Positions 28,698 through 39,300 of a stretch of DNA of 60,403 nt are shown here, piece after piece. Both the position numbers and the translations under genes were made by a program. The DNA comes from a virus (Duplodnaviria > Caudoviricetes). Location: the IMG/VR virus record IMGVR_UViG_3300021335_000018, positions 1-60,403 of that record; one strand, given 5' to 3'. The stretch's first letter is position 1, and each line of letters begins with the position of its first letter. A model generated the notes under the pieces. It saw nothing but the letters and a program-made list of their open reading frames with translations. It ran no database searches and was not told where the DNA came from.

Positions 28698-29134
28698 CTT
28701 GCTCCAAAATCCTCTGGTTTAGGAGAGTCCATAGGACCTGCTCCTGTTTTATCTCCCCACAAAACATTTTCCTGCTTGTCTGGGTCCCACATCATAACAC
28801 TTTCAGCTTCGACAGTGCGTAACGTAATTGTTTCACCATTATCTAATTCTAAGTCATAACCTCGGGTCCATCTACCATGTTCAACTAAGATCCAGTCACC
28901 TACATCATAAGGATCGTCGTTTTCCGGACCTTTTGCAAATACCTGACCCCATCTCGGTTTGATACCACGGTCTTTTCCGTCGTCGCTTAGGATAATTATG
29001 CCACCGTTGGTTGTTGTGTCTCCGAAATGCATATCTCGCACAATAACTCTATTATGGATTGGTCTAATAGACTTAGCTTTAACTTTAGTTTTTAATCCGC
29101 CGCCGCCGTCGCCTAATTTCTTTGCATCAATCAT
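28694..29134 (-). CDS. groES: GroES-like co-chaperonin
   Basis: IRPIHNRVIV, TTNGGIII, GQVFAKGP, VGDWIL. Confidence 0.8.
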   Translation of the reverse strand: MIDAKKLGDGGGGLKTKVKAKSIRPIHNRVIVRDMHFGDTTTNGGIIILSDDGKDRGIKPRWGQVFAKGPENDDPYDVGDWILVEHGRWTRGYDLELDNGETITLRTVEAESVMMWDPDKQENVLWGDKTGAGPMDSPKPEDFGAR

Positions 29135-29517
29135 TACTCACCTTTCTTAACAAAATTGCCCTCGTCGTCTTCTACCCAACCTTCGTCGTCGTCGACATTG
29201 GGCTCTACCCAATCATCTGTTACGTCTTTTTGATTTTCGTCTAATTGGGTCTGCATTTGTGATTCTGTAGCTTTTGCTTGAGCTTTAGATACCGGAGTTT
29301 CATCAGGCATTCCCTGAGAGTTTGCATAGTAATCTTTTAACACTGATTCTCTGCTTCTAATAATTTTTCCGCCTGGGCCTAATTCGTCACCTCGAGCATT
29401 CACCCTAGCATTACCTACAGCAGGAGTAAGTTCATTTCTTTGACGCAATAAGTCCATATCGACTGTTTTGCCCTGCATACTTCTATAAACCTTTCGGCCT
29501 GTTTGTTTCATTGGCAT
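29134..29517 (-). CDS. Hypothetical phage protein
   Basis: AVGNARVNARGDELGPGGKI; TAAATA box at 29542-29547 and RBS. Confidence 0.7.
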   Translation of the reverse strand: MPMKQTGRKVYRSMQGKTVDMDLLRQRNELTPAVGNARVNARGDELGPGGKIIRSRESVLKDYYANSQGMPDETPVSKAQAKATESQMQTQLDENQKDVTDDWVEPNVDDDEGWVEDDEGNFVKKGE

Positions 29518-29544
29518 AATATTTCTCCTATTATATACGCATAT

Positions 29545-30102
29545 TTAGCGTAGAAACTCTCTCCAATCCAGGCCATACTGGATTGAATCTATTCTATGTA
29601 CACCTATCAAATATAACACATAACTTGCTACACTTGATCCACGTCCTACGCCCCATACAATGTTATTCTCACGCATAAAGTCTACAAGATAAACCATATA
29701 GCGTAGCAAGTCTGTCATACCACGATCTAAAAACGCTTTCCATTCTTCAGTAACTCGTTTCCATTCTTCAGTATGTCTAAGTTCGTCATTTGGTTCTACT
29801 TGTAGTTTTTCTGCAAGTTTCGCAAACAGATAAACCGTAATATCTAAGTTTTTATATTCATCAGGCATAAACCATTCACTTTGACATACACCGTCAAAAG
29901 TCTTTTGATCTACATCTAGTGGAATATACTTTTGCAATGGATCCATACCTTGTTCTTTCATAGCCGTATTAAAACGGTCTACATCATCACTAGGATCGCA
30001 TAATACCACATGAACTTTATCCGCATGACCTGAATAGATCATATCGATCAAGTCGCGGTTAGAGAATCGTGGAATACCTAATTCGTCTGTTTTCATAAGC
30101 AT
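29545..30102 (-). CDS. Short DNA polymerase III alpha (DnaE)-like fragment
   Basis: YLVDFMRENNIVWGVGRGSSVASYVLYLIGVHRID...F; only 185 aa. Confidence 0.75.
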   Translation of the reverse strand: MLMKTDELGIPRFSNRDLIDMIYSGHADKVHVVLCDPSDDVDRFNTAMKEQGMDPLQKYIPLDVDQKTFDGVCQSEWFMPDEYKNLDITVYLFAKLAEKLQVEPNDELRHTEEWKRVTEEWKAFLDRGMTDLLRYMVYLVDFMRENNIVWGVGRGSSVASYVLYLIGVHRIDSIQYGLDWREFLR

Positions 30103-30111
30103 ACATGTATA

Positions 30112-30348
30112 TTAACTGATATTAATCAAATTGTCAAGAGAATTATCATCATTTTCATGATCTTGAATTATTTTTTGTTTTGCTCGCCTTGATCGAGCTT
30201 CTTCTTTAAACATTTCTAATACTACAGATACTTGTTGTTGCAAATGAGGATTTTGCGTTTGGAAATATTTACGGCTTAGTTCTGCTATTTTATCCTCAAC
30301 TTCTGAATCTGATAGATCTGAAAAGTTGTCTACCAAGTGGTTAAACAT
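30112..30348 (-). CDS. Small hypothetical protein
   Basis: ORF track. Confidence 0.65.
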   Translation of the reverse strand: MFNHLVDNFSDLSDSEVEDKIAELSRKYFQTQNPHLQQQVSVVLEMFKEEARSRRAKQKIIQDHENDDNSLDNLINIS

Positions 30349-30920
30349 TATGAACTAAATGCTCCATGATATAATCCATAAACGACTGTTCCGCCGTCGC
30401 TAGTCCAAAAATCTACAATTACGGGTTCTGCATTGTTAGTTTGGCTTAACTGAAAGGGATCAGGCCAAGTGCTATTTGTTTTTAAAATGTTACCACCCTG
30501 TACTGCCCATGTTATTGTACGAGTGTCTGCTGTATTATCTTTTGTTAGAACGACACGCATTCTGCCCATAACACCACTATCCGGCCAGTCAGTAAGTGTT
30601 AAAGTAAGGTCTCCGCCTACTTGTATAGTTTGATAATGTCCCGCCTCAAAACTTAAATTTTGAGAAGCTGTTAAATTACCGTTATCTCTAACTTCTTCTG
30701 TTACCATTAACAAATTTGCTTCTTGGATGTTATTTCCGTTAAAGTCGTTTGTTTGATCTAATCTAGCACGAGTTGACTGTAGATCTGTGATCTCTCCGGC
30801 AGCTGTTGCTAAACCTGTTTTAATAACTGAAAAGTTATCGCGGAATCCTTGAGAATCGTTATCTTGTCCTGCTACAGGATATTCTGCATCTATTGTATTT
30901 GAAATAATGTTACTGGCCAT
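30348..30920 (-). CDS. Probable baseplate/tail protein
   Basis: YPVAGQDNDSQGFRDNF; TAAATA box at 30941-30946. Confidence 0.65.
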   Translation of the reverse strand: MASNIISNTIDAEYPVAGQDNDSQGFRDNFSVIKTGLATAAGEITDLQSTRARLDQTNDFNGNNIQEANLLMVTEEVRDNGNLTASQNLSFEAGHYQTIQVGGDLTLTLTDWPDSGVMGRMRVVLTKDNTADTRTITWAVQGGNILKTNSTWPDPFQLSQTNNAEPVIVDFWTSDGGTVVYGLYHGAFSS

Positions 30921-30952
30921 ATGTTTTTATCTCCTGCTAATATTTATCGGAA

Positions 30953-33292
30953 TTATGTGTTAAATTGATAATTTGCGAACACAATATATTGTTCATTGGA
31001 ATTACCTGTTGTTGAATCAATTATATACCTGTCAATGTCTATATTAAACTGGCTAAAATTAAAATTTTGATTCTTGATTGCATTTGCAACTATTTTAGCT
31101 GTGTTAGGTTTTGTATAGCATAACGGTATAGCTAAAACATATCCTAACTCCTGGATGCTTTCTTCCTGCGCAGTTCTCATCCAAAGAGGAAGAAAGTTTC
31201 GTTCTGTTTCGCCTATATTTTTAAGACTATCTCTCATATTTTCTATATTACTAATATACTTTCTATAATCTTTAGATTGGCTAATTAATACAGCATCGCT
31301 ATCTACTTTAATAGTGTTTGGATTCTCTGGTCTATTACGCATCGGCTCTAATGCATCATACCCAGTGTTGTCGTCTTTAGGAGCATACTGTATTCCGTCT
31401 ATGGTAATTGTTTTAGTTGTGTTTATGTTGTAGGCCTTTTTGGTCTTTCCTGCTGTAGGATTATAAGGGTCTAGCAGATCAAGATAAACAATTTCGTAAA
31501 CAACGTTATCTGTGCCAGGAGTTTTTGCAACAGCTGTCTTGATTCCGCCTATTTTATATTTTTTACGCTTGTGGAATTTTGCGCTTGCTGCAATATACTC
31601 TTGCACTTGCTTTGTTTCCAATCCTGCATATGCTAATATTTTAATTTGTTTCTGTATTCCGAAATTTGGATCGTTTGGTCTATAGATATAACTTGGATCA
31701 AACACTTCAGGATTACTTACTAAATTAAAAAAAGAATTACGTTGCTCTTGTTTTAGAAATGGTTTCATGTACAAGTTTGAATATAATTTATCATCAGGAT
31801 CGCTAACTGTTACTGTGAAACTTTTTTGAATTGCACTAAATTTAAATTGATCTTGAACCTCAACAGTAAAATTATAAACTCTATCTACAGTTGTTGTATT
31901 TCCATCAAAGACTGTATCTGCGCTGTCGAAAACAGTAAGGCCTGTTTGGTCAGCAGTTCCGAAACTATTTATTTTTCCTATTATTTCACCGTCGAAACTT
32001 AACTCCAGTCCTGGCGGTAATCTTCCTCCTACAAGCCTATATAACAAAACTGCATTAGGAACTGTAGTATTTGCACTTACTGCTAGTGTTGATATATAGT
32101 TTGCACTTACTGCTCCAAGATTAGTATCAGTTATCCAAGTGATAGTGCTATCAACATTGCCTAGTAATTTAACAACAAATGTTTTATCTGCAAATGCAGA
32201 TTCGTCATCTAATCCTGTTGACCTAAATGCTCTAATAGTAAATTTGTATTCTCTAGTTATTTCTGGCTGGTAAGGTACTACACCGCCAACAGATCCGTTG
32301 ATAGGATCTAGTTCCATTCCCGGCGGCAGCTTGCTAGGACTTCCATCGTCGTTAGTCTCTTGTAAAATATAACTGACAACACCTGACAGTGTATTAGGAT
32401 CAATTGTTTCAAAAAATAAAGTTACGTAATTATTTGCTCTTCTAAAGCCTAAGTCTCTAGGAGTTAACCAGATTGGTGTTCTAATGTAGGTGTTGTCAGC
32501 AGTAAAAGTTCCAGTACCTACTTGCATAATAGTGTTGTCTGAACGTAAGAAATCATCTCCTACTACATAAATTCGGAAAGTTCTTCTTGATACTGTATCT
32601 CCGTCACTTACTGAGACTGTAAATTGATAGTATCTGTTAAGTTTTTTAGGAGACCTACTTGGTGTGCTGAAATCGTATATTGTTGTATCGTAAAAGAAAC
32701 TATCAAAGCCGTTTGTAGATTTTAAACCAAAGTCAAAAGGATATCCACCGTACGGGTTTTGATCAAAAAACCCTGCTCCAGCAGCTTTGTCTAAAGCTAA
32801 AATAGGATCAACAACTCCTACTAATCTTCCGTCTTTTGTTAATTCTATGCCTGGTGGTAATTGTCCATCACCACTGCCAATAAAGAATTCAAGAACTTCA
32901 CCTGCTGCTGTATCTGTGTCAATTACTTCTAGTTGAAAATCAACTGGCGCACTGTCTAAGATATAAAATGCATTATTAGCACCTAACGGTAAAAGATCTT
33001 CATTTGTCAACCAAACTGGTTCGTCTTCGCCTTGTACTATTATGTTATAGGTTCTATCACTAATTTGTTCATTAAGTGTTCCCCTAAGTACAAATCTATA
33101 TTTTGTTTCTCGAGGAACTTCAAAAGGTGTGCCTACAATATTAGGACCTTCTATTCTCATCCCTTTAGGCAGCTGTCCACTGATTAATGTTACTACCGTA
33201 GCATTATCAACTAACGGCAAAGGAACACTTGTAGTGATTCTTTCTTGGAGTGTTATAAGTGTTGTACCTGACTGGCTTGTCCATAGCGACAT
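30953..33292 (-). CDS. Structural protein with repeated Ig-like (He_PIG-type) units, probable baseplate wedge
   Basis: Repeated G.LPPG(I/M/L)EL..DG...G.P motifs with YxFT(V/I). Confidence 0.7.
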   Translation of the reverse strand: MSLWTSQSGTTLITLQERITTSVPLPLVDNATVVTLISGQLPKGMRIEGPNIVGTPFEVPRETKYRFVLRGTLNEQISDRTYNIIVQGEDEPVWLTNEDLLPLGANNAFYILDSAPVDFQLEVIDTDTAAGEVLEFFIGSGDGQLPPGIELTKDGRLVGVVDPILALDKAAGAGFFDQNPYGGYPFDFGLKSTNGFDSFFYDTTIYDFSTPSRSPKKLNRYYQFTVSVSDGDTVSRRTFRIYVVGDDFLRSDNTIMQVGTGTFTADNTYIRTPIWLTPRDLGFRRANNYVTLFFETIDPNTLSGVVSYILQETNDDGSPSKLPPGMELDPINGSVGGVVPYQPEITREYKFTIRAFRSTGLDDESAFADKTFVVKLLGNVDSTITWITDTNLGAVSANYISTLAVSANTTVPNAVLLYRLVGGRLPPGLELSFDGEIIGKINSFGTADQTGLTVFDSADTVFDGNTTTVDRVYNFTVEVQDQFKFSAIQKSFTVTVSDPDDKLYSNLYMKPFLKQEQRNSFFNLVSNPEVFDPSYIYRPNDPNFGIQKQIKILAYAGLETKQVQEYIAASAKFHKRKKYKIGGIKTAVAKTPGTDNVVYEIVYLDLLDPYNPTAGKTKKAYNINTTKTITIDGIQYAPKDDNTGYDALEPMRNRPENPNTIKVDSDAVLISQSKDYRKYISNIENMRDSLKNIGETERNFLPLWMRTAQEESIQELGYVLAIPLCYTKPNTAKIVANAIKNQNFNFSQFNIDIDRYIIDSTTGNSNEQYIVFANYQFNT

Positions 33293-33307
33293 ATTCTTTT
33301 TACCTTA

Positions 33308-34009
33308 TTATACAAATGTACCTAAATCAACGATAGCGTCTTCAACACCAACACCAACGATTGTTCCAAAATCTACATCTGTTTGTGAAACTATGTAATC
33401 AAATAGATTTGTGTATTCTTGTCTAATAGATTTAAAATCAAACCCTGTAGGAAATGCGCTAATATCTCTAACATCTATTCCGTAAACTAACCCTTCTAAT
33501 GATCCATTGAATGTATTAGCAGTAACATTGTTAGCGTTTATAATATCATTATTATCTACATCTAAATTTGCTGCTAGTGTAGGTGTTCCGTCTTGTGACA
33601 GTATTCCGTCAGTTGCTTCTACAACTACATTTTGTCCTATAGCCCTTGTGGATAATCCTGCGTTACCGTTAAACCCTATAGTTTGTCCTTCGACAACTGT
33701 AATACTGCCGCTATCTGTTATTGCAATTAGTTGGCGTATAGAAGTCGGAACATCAAATGTAATGGTAGAGTCTGTACCTGTCAAACTTATATTTGCACCT
33801 GCAATTAAAGTTTTAAAATTTAAAACTGAATTCGCCGAGCTTGCAAAAACATTTTCGCCTAGTTCGCTTAAATTGTTTCCTTCAGCATCTTCAGGGAATC
33901 TAGTATTTAAATCATCAAAGTTATTATTGACTTTGCGAAATGCTTCTCGAAGATCATCACCTGTACCGTCGTTTGCTATATTACCTATATTAATTGTTTC
34001 GATTGGCAT
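33308..34009 (-). CDS. Baseplate/tail-fibre connector-like protein (T4 gp9/gp10-type N-terminus)
   Basis: INIGNIANDGTGDDLREAFRKVNNNF. Confidence 0.7.
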   Translation of the reverse strand: MPIETINIGNIANDGTGDDLREAFRKVNNNFDDLNTRFPEDAEGNNLSELGENVFASSANSVLNFKTLIAGANISLTGTDSTITFDVPTSIRQLIAITDSGSITVVEGQTIGFNGNAGLSTRAIGQNVVVEATDGILSQDGTPTLAANLDVDNNDIINANNVTANTFNGSLEGLVYGIDVRDISAFPTGFDFKSIRQEYTNLFDYIVSQTDVDFGTIVGVGVEDAIVDLGTFV

Positions 34010-34038
34010 GTTTGTTTCTCCGTTTTATATATTTACCG

Positions 34039-36309
34039 TTATACTCTACCAACAACCACTTCAACAGTACCTTGGCTTTCATCTTCTTTAGTTCCTACAG
34101 CTTTACCTATAACTGTACCCACTGTAGGATTATTATCAACCATTCCATAGCCTGGGATAGCACTAGTAACAATTATATCACCTTTTGCAACTTTTCCTAT
34201 TACCATACAAGGAACACGCCCTTGTAGTGCTAAAGGAACAACAGTGTCACCTTCTAGTCCATTATTCATTAAATGTGCTGGATTAGTTGACACAACGCCT
34301 GCTACTCGTCTATCACCTTTGGTGTTGGTTGTTGTGACTTCATTGTCTCCACCAAACACTAGTACAGTACCTTCTTCATATGCTTTATCTGCAAGATAGT
34401 TCTCTGCCAAGTCAGCGTATCTTGCTGTTGTAGCAGTACCATCAAATATTGTTGCATATACTGTATTGAATCGTAAAGGTGTGCCTCCGCCTTGACCAAT
34501 GTTTCTAGTATCGTTTGCACTTGGAAGAATATTACTGTTTACTCTACCGCTGAATACAATATTATCAGCAGTCGCGTTTCCTAGAGTAACAGCACCATTA
34601 AGTGTAGTTGCTCCGTCAACATCAAGAGTATCATTTAGTGTTGTAGCTCCGTCTGCATTTAGGGTTCCGTCAACATCGAGGTTATTTGTGATGGTAGTTG
34701 TTGCATCAGCAACACTTAATCGTACACTGCCACCTGTGATTGTTTGTATAACGTCTGCTGCTGCCCCATCAAATCCTGTATTTGCTCCTAATCCAATACC
34801 TGTACCAGCATTGTCTTTTTCGTCGATTGCTTCTATAAATGAAGTATAAACCCATCTTGATGCTAGTCCACTTACTTCTGTGGATGTAAAATTACTATTA
34901 GTGTGGAAGTTACTTTTATCTGCACTTGTATTTGCCAAGTCACCTACAACAATGTTACCACCTGATTCTAATGTTGGTTTTGATGAACCCGACGCACTCA
35001 GTATTTCTCCACCTGCAGGTGTTTTTACGTTAAGTTCTAATCCGGTTAAACTTAAAACTTCATAAGATGTATTACCACCTATTATATAACTATCAGCTTG
35101 TAGTGAACCGCTTGCATTTCTCCTGGCTATACTATTACTTGCGTTATTTTCAGATACTACAGTAGTTCCGTATACACCGTCTCTAATTTTAATTAATGCT
35201 GTACCGAGCAAGTTTTCGCCAGTGTCTACTACTGTCGGAACACTATTGCCACCAAGTGCACCTGAACTTGAGGCAGTCAATTGCCCAGCGGTATTAAATG
35301 CTCCTGTGACGTTTATTAGTACAATAGAATCTTCACTAAACACATCGCCCTGAACTGTTCCTTGACCACTAGTTCCAGCTTGTGTGATTGTTTCTCCATC
35401 GCTAACAGTTACGTCTCCGGTTAATGTTAGTATAGTACCTAAACTTGCAGTTATTTCACTTTCAGTAAAGTCTTTATCTTCAACACCATCACCTAAATCA
35501 ACAATATCACTAAATGCAACTTCTGTTGCTGTAGCATCGCTTGATGTTTTGTTTGCAATAGCAGTTTTAGAAGCTAGTGTTTCTATGTCTGCTAAATCAA
35601 CACTGTTACTTGCAAGTGTAACCCAACCGTTTGTAACAGCAAAGTCGTTACTATCAAAACTCGCAAGTCCTAAATCGCTCTGTGCAATGCCTGTGGCATT
35701 CGCCCTAGTTGTTGCAGACTGCATATTAAGTTTGCTTTGTTGAATTCCTGCACTTGCACTTACGTCATCATTAATAATTGATCCGTTTTCAATTTGCATA
35801 TTATATTCTGCACCAGATGCTGTCCTACTAACACTAAAGTTAATAATACTACCTGTTGCTTCACTTGCATTTGAAAATTCATCTACAGGTTCTTCTAATA
35901 TACTACCTGTCACACTACCGTTTGTTAGGGTATTACCTGCTGCAAACGAACCATTAACAGGTGTATAGGTTACTATACTAATTGCTCCTAATATTTCGTC
36001 ATTATATGCTTCAACATCAACAACAGTACCATTAGGAGTTGAACCTGGTGCTGCACCATTAATGTAAATTTCGTTACCTGCTGCCCATGTTCCTGCACCT
36101 GAATAATCTACGTAAATCCGTTTTTTGCCTGTTGCAACCAATATATCATTTGCTGCAACACTATTAAGTTCTACGTTACGCAAATCATTTAGTTCGTCAT
36201 ATGCACTTACCTTATCGTCTACATATGCTTTATTAGCTGCATCTGATAAGTTAGCAGGAGTTGCCACGTTTTCAATTTTGAAACTACCCATATCAAGAGC
36301 ACCTTCCAT
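34039..36309 (-). CDS. C-terminal part of large tail/baseplate protein (frameshifted from the upstream ORF)
   Basis: Begins mid-motif MEGALDMG..I.NVATP...DAANKAYVD; ends ARYADLAENY...GRVP...VEVVVGR. Confidence 0.7.
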   Translation of the reverse strand: MEGALDMGSFKIENVATPANLSDAANKAYVDDKVSAYDELNDLRNVELNSVAANDILVATGKKRIYVDYSGAGTWAAGNEIYINGAAPGSTPNGTVVDVEAYNDEILGAISIVTYTPVNGSFAAGNTLTNGSVTGSILEEPVDEFSNASEATGSIINFSVSRTASGAEYNMQIENGSIINDDVSASAGIQQSKLNMQSATTRANATGIAQSDLGLASFDSNDFAVTNGWVTLASNSVDLADIETLASKTAIANKTSSDATATEVAFSDIVDLGDGVEDKDFTESEITASLGTILTLTGDVTVSDGETITQAGTSGQGTVQGDVFSEDSIVLINVTGAFNTAGQLTASSSGALGGNSVPTVVDTGENLLGTALIKIRDGVYGTTVVSENNASNSIARRNASGSLQADSYIIGGNTSYEVLSLTGLELNVKTPAGGEILSASGSSKPTLESGGNIVVGDLANTSADKSNFHTNSNFTSTEVSGLASRWVYTSFIEAIDEKDNAGTGIGLGANTGFDGAAADVIQTITGGSVRLSVADATTTITNNLDVDGTLNADGATTLNDTLDVDGATTLNGAVTLGNATADNIVFSGRVNSNILPSANDTRNIGQGGGTPLRFNTVYATIFDGTATTARYADLAENYLADKAYEEGTVLVFGGDNEVTTTNTKGDRRVAGVVSTNPAHLMNNGLEGDTVVPLALQGRVPCMVIGKVAKGDIIVTSAIPGYGMVDNNPTVGTVIGKAVGTKEDESQGTVEVVVGRV

Positions 36310-39300
36310 CTAACCTGGCCATTCAAAGGTAGGAAACCAGGGCCAATTCTGTTCCCTGACGGCGATGGTTGAACTTGTGCTCCGGCAATATTGTACCCTA
36401 ATCGTCTACTTAGATAAGATCCAATTGCCTTTTCTGTTGGTACTGCTTGTCCTGAATCATCTGCAAAACTGTCGTCAGCTGAGAATTCATTAATCGTAAC
36501 ACCCTTTTTAAATCCTAAACTATTAGCATTAGAAAGACCAATTTCACCAGCAAACGTAATGTCACCTGTTGCTTGGTCAACGTTGAAGAACTTACCAACA
36601 CGGAAGAAACCAAATTGATCTGTACTTACCCAGAACACACGCCCTTTACGTCTTTCCCAAACTTGGCCAGTGGTTGCTGTTGCCGAGTCTGTATAGAATT
36701 CAGCAAGACTATTTTCTGGATCACCTAAAAGCACATTAGGATAGTTTGAATCATTGAAAGATCCTGTACCAATTTGAGTAAAGTCATGTCCTGTAGCTCT
36801 TAGTAATGAAATAGCAATAGTAATTTCTGCTGTAGAACTAGGCATAAGTCCAAAGAAGAACGATCTTGAATCAGTGTTAATTGCTGTGCTTAAACCAGAT
36901 CCGCCGTATCCGCTTATATTAGTGCTTGCTACATCTGCAAAGTTTACCTCAATCCATGTGGTATTATCAACTACACTTGTTACTTCGTGAGTCTTACCTT
37001 GCCAAGTGAATTGCATACCATTGCTATAACCTGCATCGCCTGGCTGTCTGCCAGCTACGTCTCTTGTTAATCTAGTAAGTGTGTCAGCTGTTATTTCGCC
37101 CTTTTGGAAAGCAATTCTTGTATCACCTTGTGCGCTACCATAGCCTCCTGTCAATCTTGTTGTGTCAACTTGTAATTCAACAAATTCAAAGTTTGCTTCA
37201 AATGTTGTTAATATTTCATCTGAAGCTAAATCAACTTGAACATCATCAGTTGGTTGGAAAGAAATACTTCTATATGTGATTTCGTCCGATTCGTCAAAGT
37301 TAATAGCAGTAGACGGTCTAGTTACTAGTTGTTCTGCTTCATTAACATTATCAAAGATCATATTTTGGTTATGCCTAAACTCAATAAGAGTTTCATTTGT
37401 TACTGTGGCTTGAAGGGTTCCAAAAAAGTCATCTGCAAGAACATCATCTGCTTTTAGATCTAGTTTATAAATCTTATTATTAAATACATTTGTCATTGTG
37501 CCTCCAAATGTATTTTGCACACTGAATGTTAAATTAGATCCTGTGCCGCCGATACTACTTGCTGCAATAGTTAGTGTTTCGTTTGGAACATATCCTTCTC
37601 CTGATCTAGTTTTTGTAACAACTGCTGCTCCACCACCGTCAATAATAATTGTAAATCGTGCACCAGAACCTGATCCTGTCGTTCCTGATTGTTGTACATC
37701 TTCATAAGTTCCTGGTGTTCTAGATGCATCTGCACCTGAAATATTGAATACTGTGTCAACACCGCTCACTACCGGATCTGCACCTGTACCTAAAATGCCG
37801 TCTCCGTCTTGGTCTGATAAATTAGTAACACCTGATATTACGTAATTCAAGACGCCAGTTACTCCTCCGTGATCAATCGTTATCAAACTGTTTGAAGTTG
37901 GAGCAACCTTGCAGTCAGTTACTGTAATGCTAGGTTCATCAAATGCGTTTGTATATACACTATCTGTAAATGCCTTGATAGGTTGCATTTGCGGATTTTT
38001 TAGAATAACCTGATCAGGTACTTCGTTAGGATCTGCACCTTCTGCAACTAGGCCAAATCGTCCATAACCATTAGAGCCGTTTAGTGAACGAATCTCTGAA
38101 CCGTTATTAGCATAAAACGCTGCTTGACAGTAATATGTAAAAGTAGAAACTTGTTCAGAGAACGCACCGTTGTTGGTAATAAGTCCGTATCCTAAGTCAT
38201 TGATTTGGGTAAAGTCATTTGCAAGCATTGATCTGTTACCAGCAGTTTGTAGGAACACATCTCTTTGGACTACACCTGGGTCGGTGTCAAATTGTGTCTC
38301 ATCGTATCCGTCTCCACCGTTTGAGTCAGCATCTAAATAGATAGTTGCTGTACCCAGGCCGCTATCGTAATCTGAAATAGCATTTACCTGGTAACGTCTT
38401 CCATCAACATAAAAAGGACACGGCAGCTCTGGCGGTCTAATAAATAATCCTTGGCCTGCTGAACTAGAAACTTCTAGCTGAAATGCATTTATTTTTGTAT
38501 CAATTGTGATAGGAAGGTTACCTACATATGCATCAACATACATACCTCCTCTAAATGCTTTGGCATTAATACTTTTAGAAAAACTACTTGCTGTTTGAAT
38601 ATAAGGAGATTTTGTTAAAACTTGTCCTTCGGGATCAAGCACACACATAAATCCGCCGTGCCCTTGCACTGTAACATTACGGCAGATTGTAGCATCACTC
38701 ATTAAGAAAACATCCATTTCGTCGTTTCGTTTTGGAGGATTATAATCTGCATCAAATGCATACGTCACGAGGTCAACTAAATTACCTACCACAATAGTAG
38801 GACTGTCAACTGCTGTCCATAATTGGCTATTATTTAAATCAGCTACTGATATAGATTTATGAGGTAACACAGATCTATAATAATTTCCTCCGCTTAATAC
38901 TATAACATTTTTTTCGTAATTTACGTCAGCAGCCCAAGCACTGTGAGCTACGCCTAGACTAACATCTGGCTCTTCAGTAGCGTTATTTTGCACAGGTGCA
39001 ACACCAATAAGTAAAGAAGCTGCTAGTGTTGATATATATTGAATAGCTGCTTCAGTAGTTGCTTCTTGGCCAGCAAATCCGTTATTATTAAATTGAGAAA
39101 TATAATTAGAGTAATATTCGCCCTGAGCCTCAAGTGTGGCTTCTTGATTTCCTTTAGTAATATCATTAACAATAGCGTCAATTATTAAACCTGTGTCTCT
39201 TCTACATTTTGCTTCATTATAAACAAATGCAGGAGATAGCGTATTATTAATATAATATATTACTTCTTCTTGAATAAACTCTTTGTTTCTGTCTAAAATG

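Noticed and set aside
36310-36312. TAG before the downstream tail ORF as evidence of stop-codon recoding
   Set aside because: Reading through the TAG does not join the two frames; conserved genes are intact in code 11, several end in TAG, and no suppressor tRNA is present.
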